This document shows positions 15,001-30,000 of a stretch of DNA of 64,000 bases, one piece after another. Location of the stretch: the NCBI GenBank assembly GCA_964016885.1, contig OZ024741.1:215822001-215886000 (forward strand), given 5' to 3'. A model generated the notes under the pieces. It did no database searches and was not told the origin of the DNA. It was given only the letters and a program-made list of their open reading frames with translations. Both the position numbers and the translations under genes were made by a program. This stretch comes from Eledone cirrhosa (Eukaryota). Within the stretch, counting starts at the first letter, position 1; each line of letters begins with the position of its first letter.

Positions 15001-18000
15001 CAGTACTGCCCCAGCATGGCCACAATCTAATGACTGAAACCAGTAAAACTGTAGTGCCCCAGCATGGTCACAATCTAATGACTGAAACCAGTAAAACAGT
15101 AGTGCCCCAGCATGGCCACAATCTAATGACTGAAACCAGTAAAACAGTAGTGCCCCAGCATGGCCACAATCTAATGACTGAAACCAGTAAAACAGTACTG
15201 CCCCAGCATGGCCACAATCTAATGACTTAAACCAGTAAAACAGTAGTGCCCCAGCATGGCCACAATCTAATGACTCAAACCAGTAAAACAGTACTGCCCC
15301 AGCATGGCCACAATCTAATGACTGAAACCAGTAAAACAGTACTGCCCCAGCATGGCCTCACTCTAATCACTGAAACCAGTAAAACAGTAGTGCCCCAGCA
15401 TGGCCACAATCTAATGACTGAAACCAGTAAAACAGTAGTGCCCCAGCATGGCCACAATCTAATGACTGAAACCAGTAAAACAGTACTGCCCCAGCATGGC
15501 CACAATCTAATGACTGAAACCAGTAAAACAGTACTGCCCCAGCATGGCCACTATCTAATGACTGAAACCAGTAAAACAGTAGTGCCCCAGCATGGCCACA
15601 ATCTAATGACTGAAACCAGTAAAACAGTAGTGCCGCAGCATGGTCACAATCTAATGACTGAAACCAGTAAAACAGTAGTGCCCCAGCATGGCCACAATCT
15701 AATGACTGAAACCAGTAAAACAGTAGTGCCCCAGCATGACCACAATCTAATGACTGAAAACAGTAAAACAGTAGTGCCCCAGCATGCCCACAATCTAATG
15801 ACTGAAACCAGTAAAACAGTAGTGCCCCAGCATGGCCACAATCTAATGACTGAAACCAGTAAAACAGTAGTGCCCCAGCATGGCCACAATCTAATGACTG
15901 AAACCAGTAAAACAGTAGTGCCCCAGCATGGTCACAATCTAATGACTGAAACCAGTAAAACAGTAGTGCCCCAGCATGGCCACAATCTAATGACTGAAAC
16001 GAGTAAAACAGTAGTGCCCCAGCATGACCACAATCTAATGACTGAAACCAATAAAACAGTAGTGCCCCAGCATGGCCACAATCTAATGACTGAAACCAGT
16101 AAAACAGTAGTGCCCCAGCATGGCCACAATCTATTGACTGAAACCAGTAAAACAGTAGTGCCCCAGCATGACCACAATCTAATGACTCTAACCAGTAAAA
16201 CAGTAGTGCCCCAGCATGGTCACAATCTAATGACTGAAACCAGTAAAACAGTAGTGCCCCAGCATGGCCACAATCTAATGACTGAAACCAGTAAAACAGT
16301 AGTGCCCCAGCATGGCCACAATCTAATGACTGAAACCAGTAAAACAGTAGTGCCCCATCATGGCCACAATCTAATGACTGAAACCAGTAAAACAGTACTG
16401 CCCCAGCATGGCCACAATCTAATGACTGAAACCAGTAAAACAGTAGTGCCCCAGCATGGTCACAATCTAATGACTGAAACCAGTAAAACAGTAGTGCCCC
16501 AGCATGGCCACAATCTAATGACTGAAACCAGTAAAACAGTACTGCCCCAGCATGGTCACAATCTAATGACTGAAACCAGTAAAACAGTAGTGCCCCAGCA
16601 TGGTCACAATCTAATGACTTAAACCAGTAAAACAGTAGTGCCCCAGCATGGCCACAATCTAATGACTGAAACCAGTAAAACAGTAGTGCCCCATCATGGC
16701 CACAATCTAATGACTGAAACCAGTAAAACAGTACTGCCCCAGCATGGCCACAATCTAATGACTGAAACCAGTAAAACAGTAGTGCCCCAGCATGGTCACA
16801 ATCTAATGACTGAAACCAGTAAAACAGTAGTGCCCCAGCATGGCCACAATCTAATGACTGAAACCAGTAAAACAGTACTGCCCCAGCATGGTCACAATCT
16901 AATGACTGAAACCAGTAAAACAGTAGTGCCCCAGCATGGTCACAATCTAATGACTGAAACCAGTAAAACAGTAGTGCCCCAGCATGGCCACAATCTAATG
17001 ACTGAAACCAGTAAAACAGTAGTGCCCCAGCATGGCCACAATCTAATGACTGAAACCAGTAAAACAGTACTGCCCCAGCATGGCCACAATCTAATGACTG
17101 AAACCAGTAAAACAGTACTGCCCCAGCATGGCCACAATCTAATGACTGAAACCAGTAAAACAGTACTGCCCCAGCATGGCCACAATCTAATGACTGAAAC
17201 CAGTAAAACAGTAGTGCCCCAGCATGGTCACAATCTAATGACTGAAACCAGTAAAACAGTAGTGCCCCAGCATGGCCACAATCTAATGACTGAAACCAGT
17301 AAAACAGTAGTGCCCCAGCATGGCCACAATCTAATGACTGAAACCAGTAAAACAGTACTGCCCCAGCATGGCCACAATCTAATGACTGAAACCAGTAAAA
17401 CAGTACTGCCCCAGCATGGCCACAATCTAATGACTCAAACCAGTAAAACAGTACTGCCCCAGCATGGCCACAATCTAATGACTGAAACCAGTAAAACAGT
17501 AGTGCCCCAGCATGGTCACAATCTAATGACTGAAACCAGTAAAACAGTAGTGCCCCAGCATGGCCACAATCTAATGACTGAAACCAGTAAAACAGTAGTG
17601 CCCCAGCATGGCCACAATCTAATGACTGAAACCAGTAAAACAGTACTGCCCCAGCATGGCCACAATCTAATGACTTAAACCAGTAAAACAGTAGTGCCCC
17701 AGCATGGCCACAATCTAATGACTCAAACCAGTAAAACAGTACTGCCCCAGCATGGCCACAATCTAATGACTGAAACCAGAAAAACAGTACTGCCCCAGCA
17801 TGGCCTCACTCTAATCACTGAAACCAGTAAAACAGTAGTGCCCCAGCATGGCCACAATCTAATGACTGAAACCAGTAAAACAGTAGTGCCCCAGCATGGC
17901 CACAATCTAATGACTGAAACCAGTAAAACAGTACTGCCCCAGCATGGCCACAATCTAATGACTGAAACCAGTAAAACAGTACTGCCCCAGCATGGCCACA

Positions 18001-21000
18001 ATCTAATGACTGAAACCAGTAAAACAGTAGTGCCCCAGCATGGCCACAATCTAATGACTGAAACCAGTAAAACAGTAGTGCCGCAGCATGGTCACAATCT
18101 AATGACTGAAACCAGTAAAACAGTAGTGCCCCAGCATGGCCACAATCTAATGACTGAAACCAGTAAAACAGTAGTGCCCCAGCATGACCACAATCTAATG
18201 ACTGAAAACAGTAAAACAGTAGTGCCCCAGCATGCCCACAATCTAATGACTGAAACCAGTAAAACAGTAGTGCCCCAGCATGGCCACAATCTAATGACTG
18301 AAACCAGTAAAACAGTAGTGCCCCAGCATGGCCACAATCTAATGACTGAAACCAGTAAAACAGTAGTGCCCCAGCATGGTCACAATCTAATGACTGAAAC
18401 CAGTAAAACAGTAGTGCCCCAGCATGGCCACAATCTAATGACTGAAACGAGTAAAACAGTAGTGCCCCAGCATGACCACAATCTAATGACTGAAACCAGT
18501 AAAACAGTAGTGCCCCAGCATGGCCACAATCTAATGACTGAAACCAGTAAAACAGTAGTGCCCCAGCATGGCCACAATCTAATGACTGAAACCAGTAAAA
18601 CAGTAGTGCCCCAGCATGACCACAATCTAATGACTCTAACCAGTAAAACAGTAGTGCCCCAGCATGGTCACAATCTAATGACTGAAACCAGTAAAACAGT
18701 AGTGCCCCAGCATGGCCACAATCTAATGACTGAAACCAGTAAAACAGTACTGCCCCAGCATGGCCACAATCTAATGACTGAAACCAGTAAAACAGTAGTG
18801 CCCCAGCATGGCCACAATCTAATGACTCAAACCAGTAAAACAGTACTGCCCCAGCATGGCCACAATCTAATGACTGAAACCATTAATACAGTACTGCCCC
18901 AGCATGGCCTCACTCTAATGACTGAAACCAGTAAAACAGTAGTGCCCCAGCATGGCCACAATCTAATGACTGAAACCAGTAAAACAGTAGTGCCCCAGCA
19001 TGGCCACAATCTAATGACTGAAACCAGTAAAACAGTAGTGCCCCAGCATGGCCACAATCTAATGACTGAAACCAGTAAAACAGTACTGCCCCAGCATGGC
19101 CACAATCTAATGACTGAAACCAGTAAAACAGTAGTGCCGCAGCATGGTCACAATCTAATGACTGAAACCAGTAAAACAGTAGTGCCCCAGCATGGTCACA
19201 ATCTCATGACTGAAACCAGTAAAACAGTACTGCCCCAGCATGGCCACAATCTAATGACTGAAACCAGTAAAACAGTAGTGCCCCAGCATGGCCACAATCT
19301 AATGACTGAAACCAGTAAAACAGTAGTGCCCCAGCATGACCACAATCTAATGACTGAAACCAGTAAAACAGTAGTGCCCCAGCATGGTCACAATCTAATG
19401 ACTGAAACCAGTAAAACAGTAGTGCCCCAGCATGGCCACAATCTAATGACTGAAACCAGTAAAACAGTAGTGCCCCAGCATGGCCACAATCTAATGACTG
19501 AAACCAGTAAAACAGTACTGCCCCAGCATGGCCACAATCTAATGACTGAAACCAGTAAAACAGTAGTGCCCCAGCATGACCACAATCTAATGACTGAAAC
19601 CAGTAAAACGGTAGTGCCCCAGCATGGCCACAATCTAATGACTGAAACCAGTAAAACAGTAGTGTCCCAGCATGGCCACAATCTAATGACTGAAACCAGT
19701 AAAACAGTACTGCCCCAGCATGGCCACAATCTAATGACTGAAACCAGTAAAACAGTACTGCCCCAGCACGGCCACAATCTAATGACTGAAACCAGTAAAA
19801 CAGTAGTGCCCCAGCATGGCCACAATCTAATGACTGAAACCAGTAAAACAGTAGTGCCCCAGCATGGTCACAATCTAATGACTGAAACCAGTAAAACAGT
19901 AGTGCCCCAGCATGGCCACAATCTAATGACTGAAACCACTAAAACAGTAGTGCCCCAGCATGGCCACAATCTAATGACTGAAACCAGTAAAACAGTACTA
20001 CCCCAGCATGGCCACAATCTAATGACTGAAACCAGTAAAACAGTACTGCCCCAGCATGGCCACAATCTAATGACTGAAACCAGGAAAACAGTACTGCCCC
20101 AGCATGGCCAAAATCTAATGACTGAAACCAGTAAAACAGTAGTGCCCCAGCATGGTCACAATCTAATGACTGAAACCAGTAAAACAGTAGTTCCCCAGCA
20201 TGGCCACAATCTAATGACTGAAACCAGTAAAACAGTAGTGACCCAGCATGGCCACAATCTAATGACTGAAACCAGTAAAACAGTACTGCCCCAGCATGGC
20301 CACAATCTAATGACTGAAACCAGTAAAACAGTACTGCCCCAGCATGGCCACAATCTAATGACTGAAACCAGTAAAACAGTACTGCCCCAGCATGGCCACA
20401 ATCTAATGACTGAAACCAGTAAAACAGTAGTGCCCCAGCATGGTCACAATCTAATGACTGAAACCAGTAAAACAGTAGTGCCCCAGCATGGCCACAATCT
20501 AATGACTGAAACCAGTAAAACAGTAGTGCCCCAGCATGGCCACAATCTAATGACTGAAACCAGTAAAACAGTACTGCCCCAGCATGGCCACAATCTAATG
20601 ACTGAAACCAGTAAAACAGTACTGCCCCAGCATGGCCACAATCTAATGCCTGAAACCAGTAAAACAGTACTGCCCCAGCATGGCCACAATCTAATGACTG
20701 AAACCAGTAAAACAGTAGTGCCCCAGCATGGTCACAATCTAATGACTGAAACCAGTAAAACAGTAGTGCCCCAGCATGGCCACAATCTAATGACTGAAAC
20801 CAGTAAAACAGTAGTGCCCCAGCATGGCCACAATCAAATGACTGAAACCAGTAAAACAGTACTGCCCCAGCATTGCCACAATCTAATGACTGAAACCAGT
20901 AAAACAGTACTGCCCCAGCATGGCCACAATCTAATGACTGAAACCAGTAAAACAGTAGTGCCCCAGCATGGCCACAATCTAATGACTGAAACCAGTAAAA

Positions 21001-24000
21001 CAGTACTGCCTCAGCATGGCCACAATCTAATGACTGAAACCAGTAAAACAGTACGGCCCCAGCATGGCCACAATCTAATGACTGAAACCAGTAAAACAGT
21101 AGTGCCCCAGCATGGCCACAATCTAATGACTGAAACCAGTAAAACAGTACTGCCCCAGCATGACCACAATCTAATGACTGAAACCAGTAAAACAGTAGTG
21201 CCCCAGCATGGCCACAATCTAATGACTCAAACCAGTAAAACAGTACTGCCCCAGCATGGCCACAATCTACTGACTGAAACCAGTAAAACAGTACTGCCCC
21301 AGCATGGCCTCACTCTAATGACTGAAACCAGTAAAACAGTAGTGCCCCAGCATGGCCACAATCTAATGACTGAAACCAGTAAAACAGTAGTGCCCCAGCA
21401 TGGCCACAATCTAATGACTGAAACCAGTAAAACAGTAGTGCCCCAGCATGGCCACAATCTAATGACTGAAACCAGTAAAACAGTAGTGCCCCAGCATGGC
21501 CACAATCTAATGACTGAAACCAGTAAAACAGTAGTGCCCCAGCATGGCCACAATCAAATGACTGAAACCAGTAAAACAGTACTGCCCCAGCATTGCCACA
21601 ATCTAATGACTGAAACCAGTAAAACAGTACTGCCCCAGCATGGCCACAATCTAATGACTGAAACCAGTAAAACAGTAGTGCCCCAGCATGGCCACAATCT
21701 AATGACTGAAACCAGTAAAACAGTACTGCCCCAGCATGGCCACAATCTAATGACTGAAACCAGTAAAACAGTACGGCCCCAGCATGGCCACAATCTAATG
21801 ACTGAAACCAGTAAAACAGTAGTGCCCCAGCATGGCCACAATCTAATGACTGAAACCAGTAAAACAGTACTGCCCCAGCATGACCACAATCTAATGACTG
21901 AAACCAGTAAAACAGTAGTGCCCCAGCATGGCCACAATCTAATGACTCAAACCAGTAAAACAGTACTGCCCCAGCATGGCCACAATCTAATGACTGAAAC
22001 CAGTAAAACAGTAGTGCCCCAGCATGGCCACAATCTAATGACTGAAACCAGTAAAACAGTAGTGCCCCAGCATGGCCACAATCTAATGACTGAAACCAGT
22101 AAAACAGTAGTGCCCCAGCATGACCACAATCTAATGACTGAAACCAGTAAAACAGTAGTGCCCCAGCATGGCCACAATCTAATGACTGAAACCAGTAAAA
22201 CAGTAGTGCCCCAGCATGGCCACAATCTAATGACTGAAACCAGTAAAACAGTAGTGCCCCAGCATGGCCACAATCTAATGACTGAAACCAGTAAAACAGT
22301 AGTGCCCCAGCATGGCCACAATCTAATGACTGAAACCAGTAAAACAGTACTGCCCCAGCATGGCCACAATCTAATGACTGAAACCAGTAAAACAGTAGTG
22401 CCCCAGCATGGTCACAATCTAATGACTGAAACCAGTAAAACAGTAGTGCCCCAGCATGGTCACAATCTAATGACTTAAACCAGTAAAACAGTACTGCCCC
22501 AGCATGGCCACAATCTAATGACTGAAACCAGTAAAACAGTAGTGCCCCAGCATGGCCACAATCTAATGACTGAAACCAGTAAAACAGTAGTGCCCCAGCA
22601 TGACCACAATCTAATGACTGAAACCAGTAAAACAGTAGTGCCCCAGCATGGCCACAATCTAATGACTGAAACCAGTAAAACAGTAGTGCCCCAGCATGGC
22701 CACAATCTAATGACTGAAACCAGTAAAACAGTACTGCCCCAGCATGGCCACAATCCAATGACTGATACCAGTAAAACAGTAGTGCCCCAGCATGGCCACA
22801 ATCTAATGACTGAAACCAGTAAAACAGTACTGCCCCAGCATGGCCACACTCTAATGACTGAAACCAGTAAAACAGTACTGCCACAGCATGGCCACAATCT
22901 AATGACTGAAACCAGTAAAACAGTAGTGCCCCAGTATGGCCACAATCTAATGACTGAAACCAGTAAAACAGTACTGCCCCAGCATGGCCACAAGCTAATG
23001 ACTGAAACCAGTAAAACAGTAGTGACCCAGCATGGTCACAATCTAATGACTGAAACCAGTAAAACAGTAGTGCCCCAGCATGGCCACAATCTAATGACTG
23101 AAACCAGTAAAACAGTACTGCCCCAGCATGGTCACAATCTAATGACTGAAACCAGTAAAACAGTAGTGCCCCAGCATGGTCACAATCTAATGACTTAAAC
23201 CAGTAAAACAGTAGTGCCCCAGCATGGCCACAATCTAATGACTGAAACCAGTAAAACAGTAGTGCCCATCATGGCCACAATCTAATGACTGAAACCAGTA
23301 AAACAGTACTGCCCCAGCATGGCCACAATCTAATGACTGAAACCAGTAAAACAGTAGTGCCCCAGCATGGTCACAATCTAATGACTGAAACCTGTAAAAC
23401 AGTAGTGCCCCAGCATGGCCACAATCTAATGACTGAAACCAGTAAAACAGTACTGCCCCAGCATGGTCACAATCTAATGACTGAAACCAGTAAAACAGTA
23501 GTGCCCCAGCATGGTCACAATCTAATGACTGAAACCAGTAAAACAGTAGTGCCCCAGCATGGCCACAATCTAATGACTGAAACCAGTAAAACAGTAGTGC
23601 CCCAGCATGGCCACAATCTAATGACTGAAACCAGTAAAACAGTACTGCCCCAGCATGGCCACAATCTAATGACTGAAACCAGTAAAACAGTACTGCCCCA
23701 GCATGGCCACAATCTAATGACTGAAACCAGTAAAACAGTACTGCCCCAGCATGGCCACAATCTAATGACTGAAACCAGTAAAACAGTAGTGCCCCAGCAT
23801 GGTCACAATCTAATGACTGAAACCAGTAAAACAGTAGTGCCCCAGCATGGCCACAATCTAATGACTGAAACCAGTAAAACAGTAGTGCCCCAGCATGGCC
23901 ACAATCTAATGACTGAAACCAGTAAAACAGTACTGCCCCAGCATGGCCACAATCTAATGACTGAAACCAGTAAAACAGTACTGCCCCAGCATGGCCACAA

Positions 24001-27000
24001 TCTAATGACTCAAACCAGTAAAACAGTACTGCCCCAGCATGGCCACAATCTAATGACTGAAACCAGTAAAACAGTAGTGCCCCAGCATGGTCACAATCTA
24101 ATGACTGAAACCAGTAAAACAGTAGTGCCCCAGCATGGCCACAATCTAATGACTGAAACCAGTAAAACAGTAGTGCCCCAGCATGGCCACAATCTAATGA
24201 CTGAAACCAGTAAAACAGTACTGCCCCAGCATGGCCACAATCTAATGACTTAAACCAGTAAAACAGTAGTGCCCCAGCATGGCCACAATCTAATGACTCA
24301 AACCAGTAAAACAGTACTGCCCCAGCATGGCCACAATCTAATGACTGAAACCAGTAAAACAGTACTGCCCCAGCATGGCCTCACTCTAATCACTGAAACC
24401 AGTAAAACAGTAGTGCCCCAGCATGGCCACAATCTAATGACTGAAACCAGTAAAACAGTAGTGCCCCAGCATGGCCACAATCTAATGACTGAAACCAGTA
24501 AAACAGTACTGCCCCAGCATGGCCACAATCTAATGACTGAAACCAGTAAAACAGTACTGCCCCAGCATGGCCACAATCTAATGACTGAAACCAGTAAAAC
24601 AGTAGTGCCCCAGCATGGCCACAATCTAATGACTGAAACCAGTAAAACAGTAGTGCCGCAGCATGGTCACAATCTAATGACTGAAACCAGTAAAACAGTA
24701 GTGCCCCAGCATGGCCACAATCTAATGACTGAAACCAGTAAAACAGTAGTGCCCCAGCATGACCACAATCTAATGACTGAAAACAGTAAAACAGTAGTGC
24801 CCCAGCATGCCCACAATCTAATGACTGAAACCAGTAAAACAGTAGTGCCCCAGCATGGCCACAATCTAATGACTGAAACCAGTAAAACAGTAGTGCCCCA
24901 GCATGGCCACAATCTAATGACTGAAACCAGTAAAACAGTAGTGCCCCAGCATGGTCACAATCTAATGACTGAAACCAGTAAAACAGTAGTGCCCCAGCAT
25001 GGCCACAATCTAATGACTGAAACGAGTAAAACAGTAGTGCCCCAGCATGGCCACAATCTAATGACTGAAACCAGTAAAACAGTAGTGCCCCAGCATGGCC
25101 ACAATCTAATGACTGAAACCAGTAAAACAGTAGTGCCCCAGCATGGCCACAATCTAATGACTGAAACCAGTAAAACAGTATTGCCCCAGCATGACCACAA
25201 TCTAATGACTCTAACCAGTAAAACAGTAGTGCCCCAGCATGGTCACAATCTAATGACTGAAACCAGTAAAACAGTAGTGCCCCAGCATGGCCACAATCTA
25301 ATGACTGAAACCAGTAAAACAGTACTGCCCCAGCATGGCCACAATCTAATGACTGAAACCAGTAAAACAGTAGTGCCCCAGCATGGCCACAATCTAATGA
25401 CTCAAACCAGTAAAACAGTACTGCCCCAGCATGGCCACAATCTAATGACTGAAACCATTAATACAGTACTGCCCCAGCATGGCCTCACTCTAATGACTGA
25501 AACCAGTAAAACAGTAGTGCCCCAGCATGGCCACAATCTAATGACTGAAACCAGTAAAACAGTAGTGCCCCAGCATGGCCACAATCTAATGACTGAAACC
25601 AGTAAAACAGTAGTGCCCCAGCATGGCCACAATCTAATGACTCAAACCAGTAAAACAGTACTGCCCCAGCATGGCCACAATCTAATGACTGAAACCAGTA
25701 AAACAGTAGTGCCGCAGCATGGTCACAATCTAATGACTGAAACCAGTAAAACAGTAGTGCCCCAGCATGGTCACAATCTAATGACTGAAACCAGTAAAAC
25801 AGTACTGCCCCAGCATGGCCACAATCTAATGACTGAAACCAGTAAAACAGTAGTGCCCCAGCATGGCCACAATCTAATGACTGAAACCAGTAAAACAGTA
25901 GTGCCCCAGCATGACCACAATCTAATGACTGAAACCAGTAAAACAGTAGTGCCCCAGCATGGTCACAATCTAATGACTGAAACCAGTAAAACAGTAGTGC
26001 CCCAGCATGGCCACAATCTAATGACTGAAACCAGTAAAACAGTAGTGCCCCAGCATGGCCACAATCTAATGACTGAAACCAGTAAAACAGTACTGCCCCA
26101 GCATGGCCACAATCTAATGACTGAAACCAGTAAAACAGTAGTGCCCCAGCATGACCACAATCTAATGACTGAAACCAGTAAAACGGTAGTGCCCCAGCAT
26201 GGCCACAATCTAATGACTGAAACCAGTAAAACAGTAGTGTCCCAGCATGGCCACAATCTAATGACTGAAACCAGTAAAACAGTACTGCCCCAGCATGGCC
26301 ACAATCTAATGACTGAAACCAGTAAAACAGTACTGCCCCAGCACGGCCACAATCTAATGACTGAAACCAGTAAAACAGTAGTGCCCCAGCATGGCCACAA
26401 TCTAATGACTGAAACCAGTAAAACAGTAGTGCCCCAGCATGGTCACAATCTAATGACTGAAAGCAGTAAAACAGTAGTGCCCCAGCATGGCCACAATCTA
26501 ATGACTGAAACCACTAAAACAGTAGTGCCCCAGCATGGCCACAATCTAATGACTGAAACCAGTAAAACAGTACTACCCCAGCATGGCCACAATCTAATGA
26601 CTGAAACCAGTAAAACAGTACTGCCCCAGCATGGCCACAATCTAATGACTGAAACCAGGAAAACAGTACTGCCCCAGCATGGCCAAAATCTAATGACTGA
26701 AACCAGTAAAACAGTAGTGCCCCAGCATGGTCACAATCTAATGACTGAAACCAGTAAAACAGTAGTGCCCCAGCATGGCCACAATCTAATGACTGAAACC
26801 AGTAAAACAGTAGTGACCCAGCATGGCCACAATCTAATGACTGAAACCAGTAAAACAGTACTGCCCCAGCATGGCCACAATCTAATGACTGAAACCAGTA
26901 AAACAGTACTGCCCCAGCATGGCCACAATCTAATGACTGAAACCAGTAAAACAGTACTGCCCCAGCATGGCCACAATCTAATGACTGAAACCAGTAAAAC

Positions 27001-30000
27001 AGTAGTGCCCCAGCATGGTCACAATCTAATGACTGAAACCAGTAAAACAGTAGTGCCCCAGCATGGCCACAATCTAATGACTGAAACCAGTAAAACAGTA
27101 GTGCCCCAGCATGGCCACAATCTAATGACTGAAACCAGTAAAACAGTACTGCCCCAGCATGGCCACAATCTAATGACTGAAACCAGTAAAACAGTACTGC
27201 CCCAGCATGGCCACAATCTAATGCCTGAAACCAGTAAAACAGTACTGCCCCAGCATGGCCACAATCTAATGACTGAAACCAGTAAAACAGTACTGCCCCA
27301 GCATGGTCACAATCTAATGACTGAAACCAGTAAAACAGTAGTGCCCCAGCATGGCCACAATCTAATGACTGAAACCAGTAAAACAGTAGTGCCCCAGCAT
27401 GGCCACAATCAAATGACTGAAACCAGTAAAACAGTACTGCCCCAGCATTGCCACAATCTAATGACTGAAACCAGTAAAACAGTACTGCCCCAGCATGGCC
27501 ACAATCTAATGACTGAAACCAGTAAAACAGTAGTGCCCCAGCATGGCCACAATCTAATGACTGAAACCAGTAAAACAGTACTGCCCCAGCATGGCCACAA
27601 TCTAATGACTGAAACCAGTAAAACAGTACGGCCCCAGCATGGCCACAATCTAATGACTGAAACTAGTAAAACAGTAGTGCCCCAGCATGGCCACAATCTA
27701 ATGACTGAAACCAGTAAAACAGTACTGCCCCAGCATGACCACAATCTAATGACTGAAACCAGTAAAACAGTAGTGCCCCAGCATGGCCACAATCTAATGA
27801 CTCAAACCAGTAAAACAGTACTGCCCCAGCATGGCCACAATCTACTGACTGAAACCAGTAAAACAGTACTGCCCCAGCATGGCCTCACTCTAATGACTGA
27901 AACCAGTAAAACAGTAGTGCCCCAGCATGGCCACAATCTAATGACTGAAACCAGTAAAACAGTAGTGCTCCAGCATGGCCACAATCTAATGACTGAAACC
28001 AGTAAAACAGTAGTGCCCCAGCATGGCCACAATCTAATGACTGAAACCATTAAAACAGTAGTGCCCCAGCATGGCCACAATCTAATGACTGAAACCAGTA
28101 AAACAGTAGTGCCCCAGCATGGCCACAATCAAATGACTGAAACCAGTAAAACAGTACTGCCCCAGCATTGCCACAATCTAATGACTGAAACCAGTAAAAC
28201 AGTACTGCCCCAGCATGGCCACAATCTAATGACTGAAACCAGTAAAACAGTAGTGCCCCAGCATGGCCACAATCTAATGACTGAAACCAGTAAAACAGTA
28301 CTGCCCCAGCATGGCCACAATCTAATGACTGAAACCAGTAAAACAGTACGGCCCCAGCATGGCCACAATCTAATGACTGAAACCAGTAAAACAGTAGTGC
28401 CCCAGCATGGCCACAATCTAATGACTGAAACCTGTAAAACAGTACTGCCCCAGCATGACCACAATCTAATGACTGAAACCAGTAAAACAGTAGTGCCCCA
28501 GCATGGCCACAATCTAATGACTCAAACCAGTAAAACAGTACTGCCCCAGCATGGCCACAATCTAATGACTGAAACCAGTAAAACAGTAGTGCCCCAGCAT
28601 GGCCACAATCTAATGACTGAAACCAGTAAAACAGTAGTGCCCCAGCATGGCCACAATCTAATGACTGAAACCAGTAAAACAGTAGTGCCCCAGCATGACC
28701 ACAATCTAATGACTGAAACCAGTAAAACAGTAGTGCCCCAGCATGGCCACAATCTAATGACTGAAACCAGTAAAACAGTAGTGCCCCAGCATGGCCACAA
28801 TCTAATGACTGAAACCAGTAAAACAGTAGTGCCCCAGCATGGCCACAATCTAATGACTGAAACCAGTAAAACAGTAGTGCCCCAGCATGGCCACAATCTA
28901 ATGACTGAAACCAGTAAAACAGTACTGCCCCAGCATGGCCACAATCTAATGACTGAAACCAGTAAAACAGTAGTGCCCCAGCATGGTCACAATCTAATGA
29001 CTGAAACCAGTAAAACAGTAGTGCCCCAGCATGGTCACAATCTAATGACTGAAACCAGTAAAACAGTACTGCCCCAGCATGGCCACAATCTAATGACTGA
29101 AACCAGTAAAACAGTAGTGCCCCAGCATGGCCACAATCTAATGACTGAAACCAGTAAAACAGTAGTGCCCCAGCATGACCACAATCTAATGACTGAAACC
29201 AGTAAAACAGTAGTGCCCCAGCATGGCCACAATCTAATGACTGAAACCAGTAAAACAGTAGTGCCCCAGCATGGCCACAATCTAATGACTGAAACCAGTA
29301 AAACAGTACTGCCCCAGCATGGCCACAATCCAATGACTGATACCAGTAAAACAGTAGTGCCCCAGCATGGCCACAATCTAATGACTGAAACCAGTAAAAC
29401 AGTACTGCCCCAGCATGGCCACACTCTAATGACTGAAACCAGTAAAACAGTACTGCCACAGCATGGCCACAATCTAATGACTGAAACCAGTAAAACAGTT
29501 GTGCCCCAGTATGGCCACAATCTAATGACTGAAACCAGTAAAACAGTACTGCCCCAGCATGGCCACAAGCTAATGACTGAAACCAGTAAAACAGTACTGC
29601 CCCAGCATGGCCACAATCTAATGACTGAAACCAGTAAAACAGTACTGCCCCAGCATGGCCACAATATAATGACTGAAACTAGTAATACAGTAGTGCCCCA
29701 GCATGGCCACAATCTAATGACTGAAACCAGTAAAACAGTACTGCCCCAGCATGGCCACAATCTAATGACTGAAACCAGTAAAACAGTACTGCCCCAGCAT
29801 GGTCACAATCTAATGACTGAAACCAGTAAAACAGTAGTGCCCCAGCATGGCCACAATCTAATGACTGAAACCAGTAAAACAGTAGTGCCCCAGCATGGTC
29901 ACAATCTAATGACTGAAACCAGTAAAACAGTACTGCCCCAGCATGGCCACAATCTAATGACTGAAACCAGTAAAACAGTAGTGCCCCAGCATGGCCACAA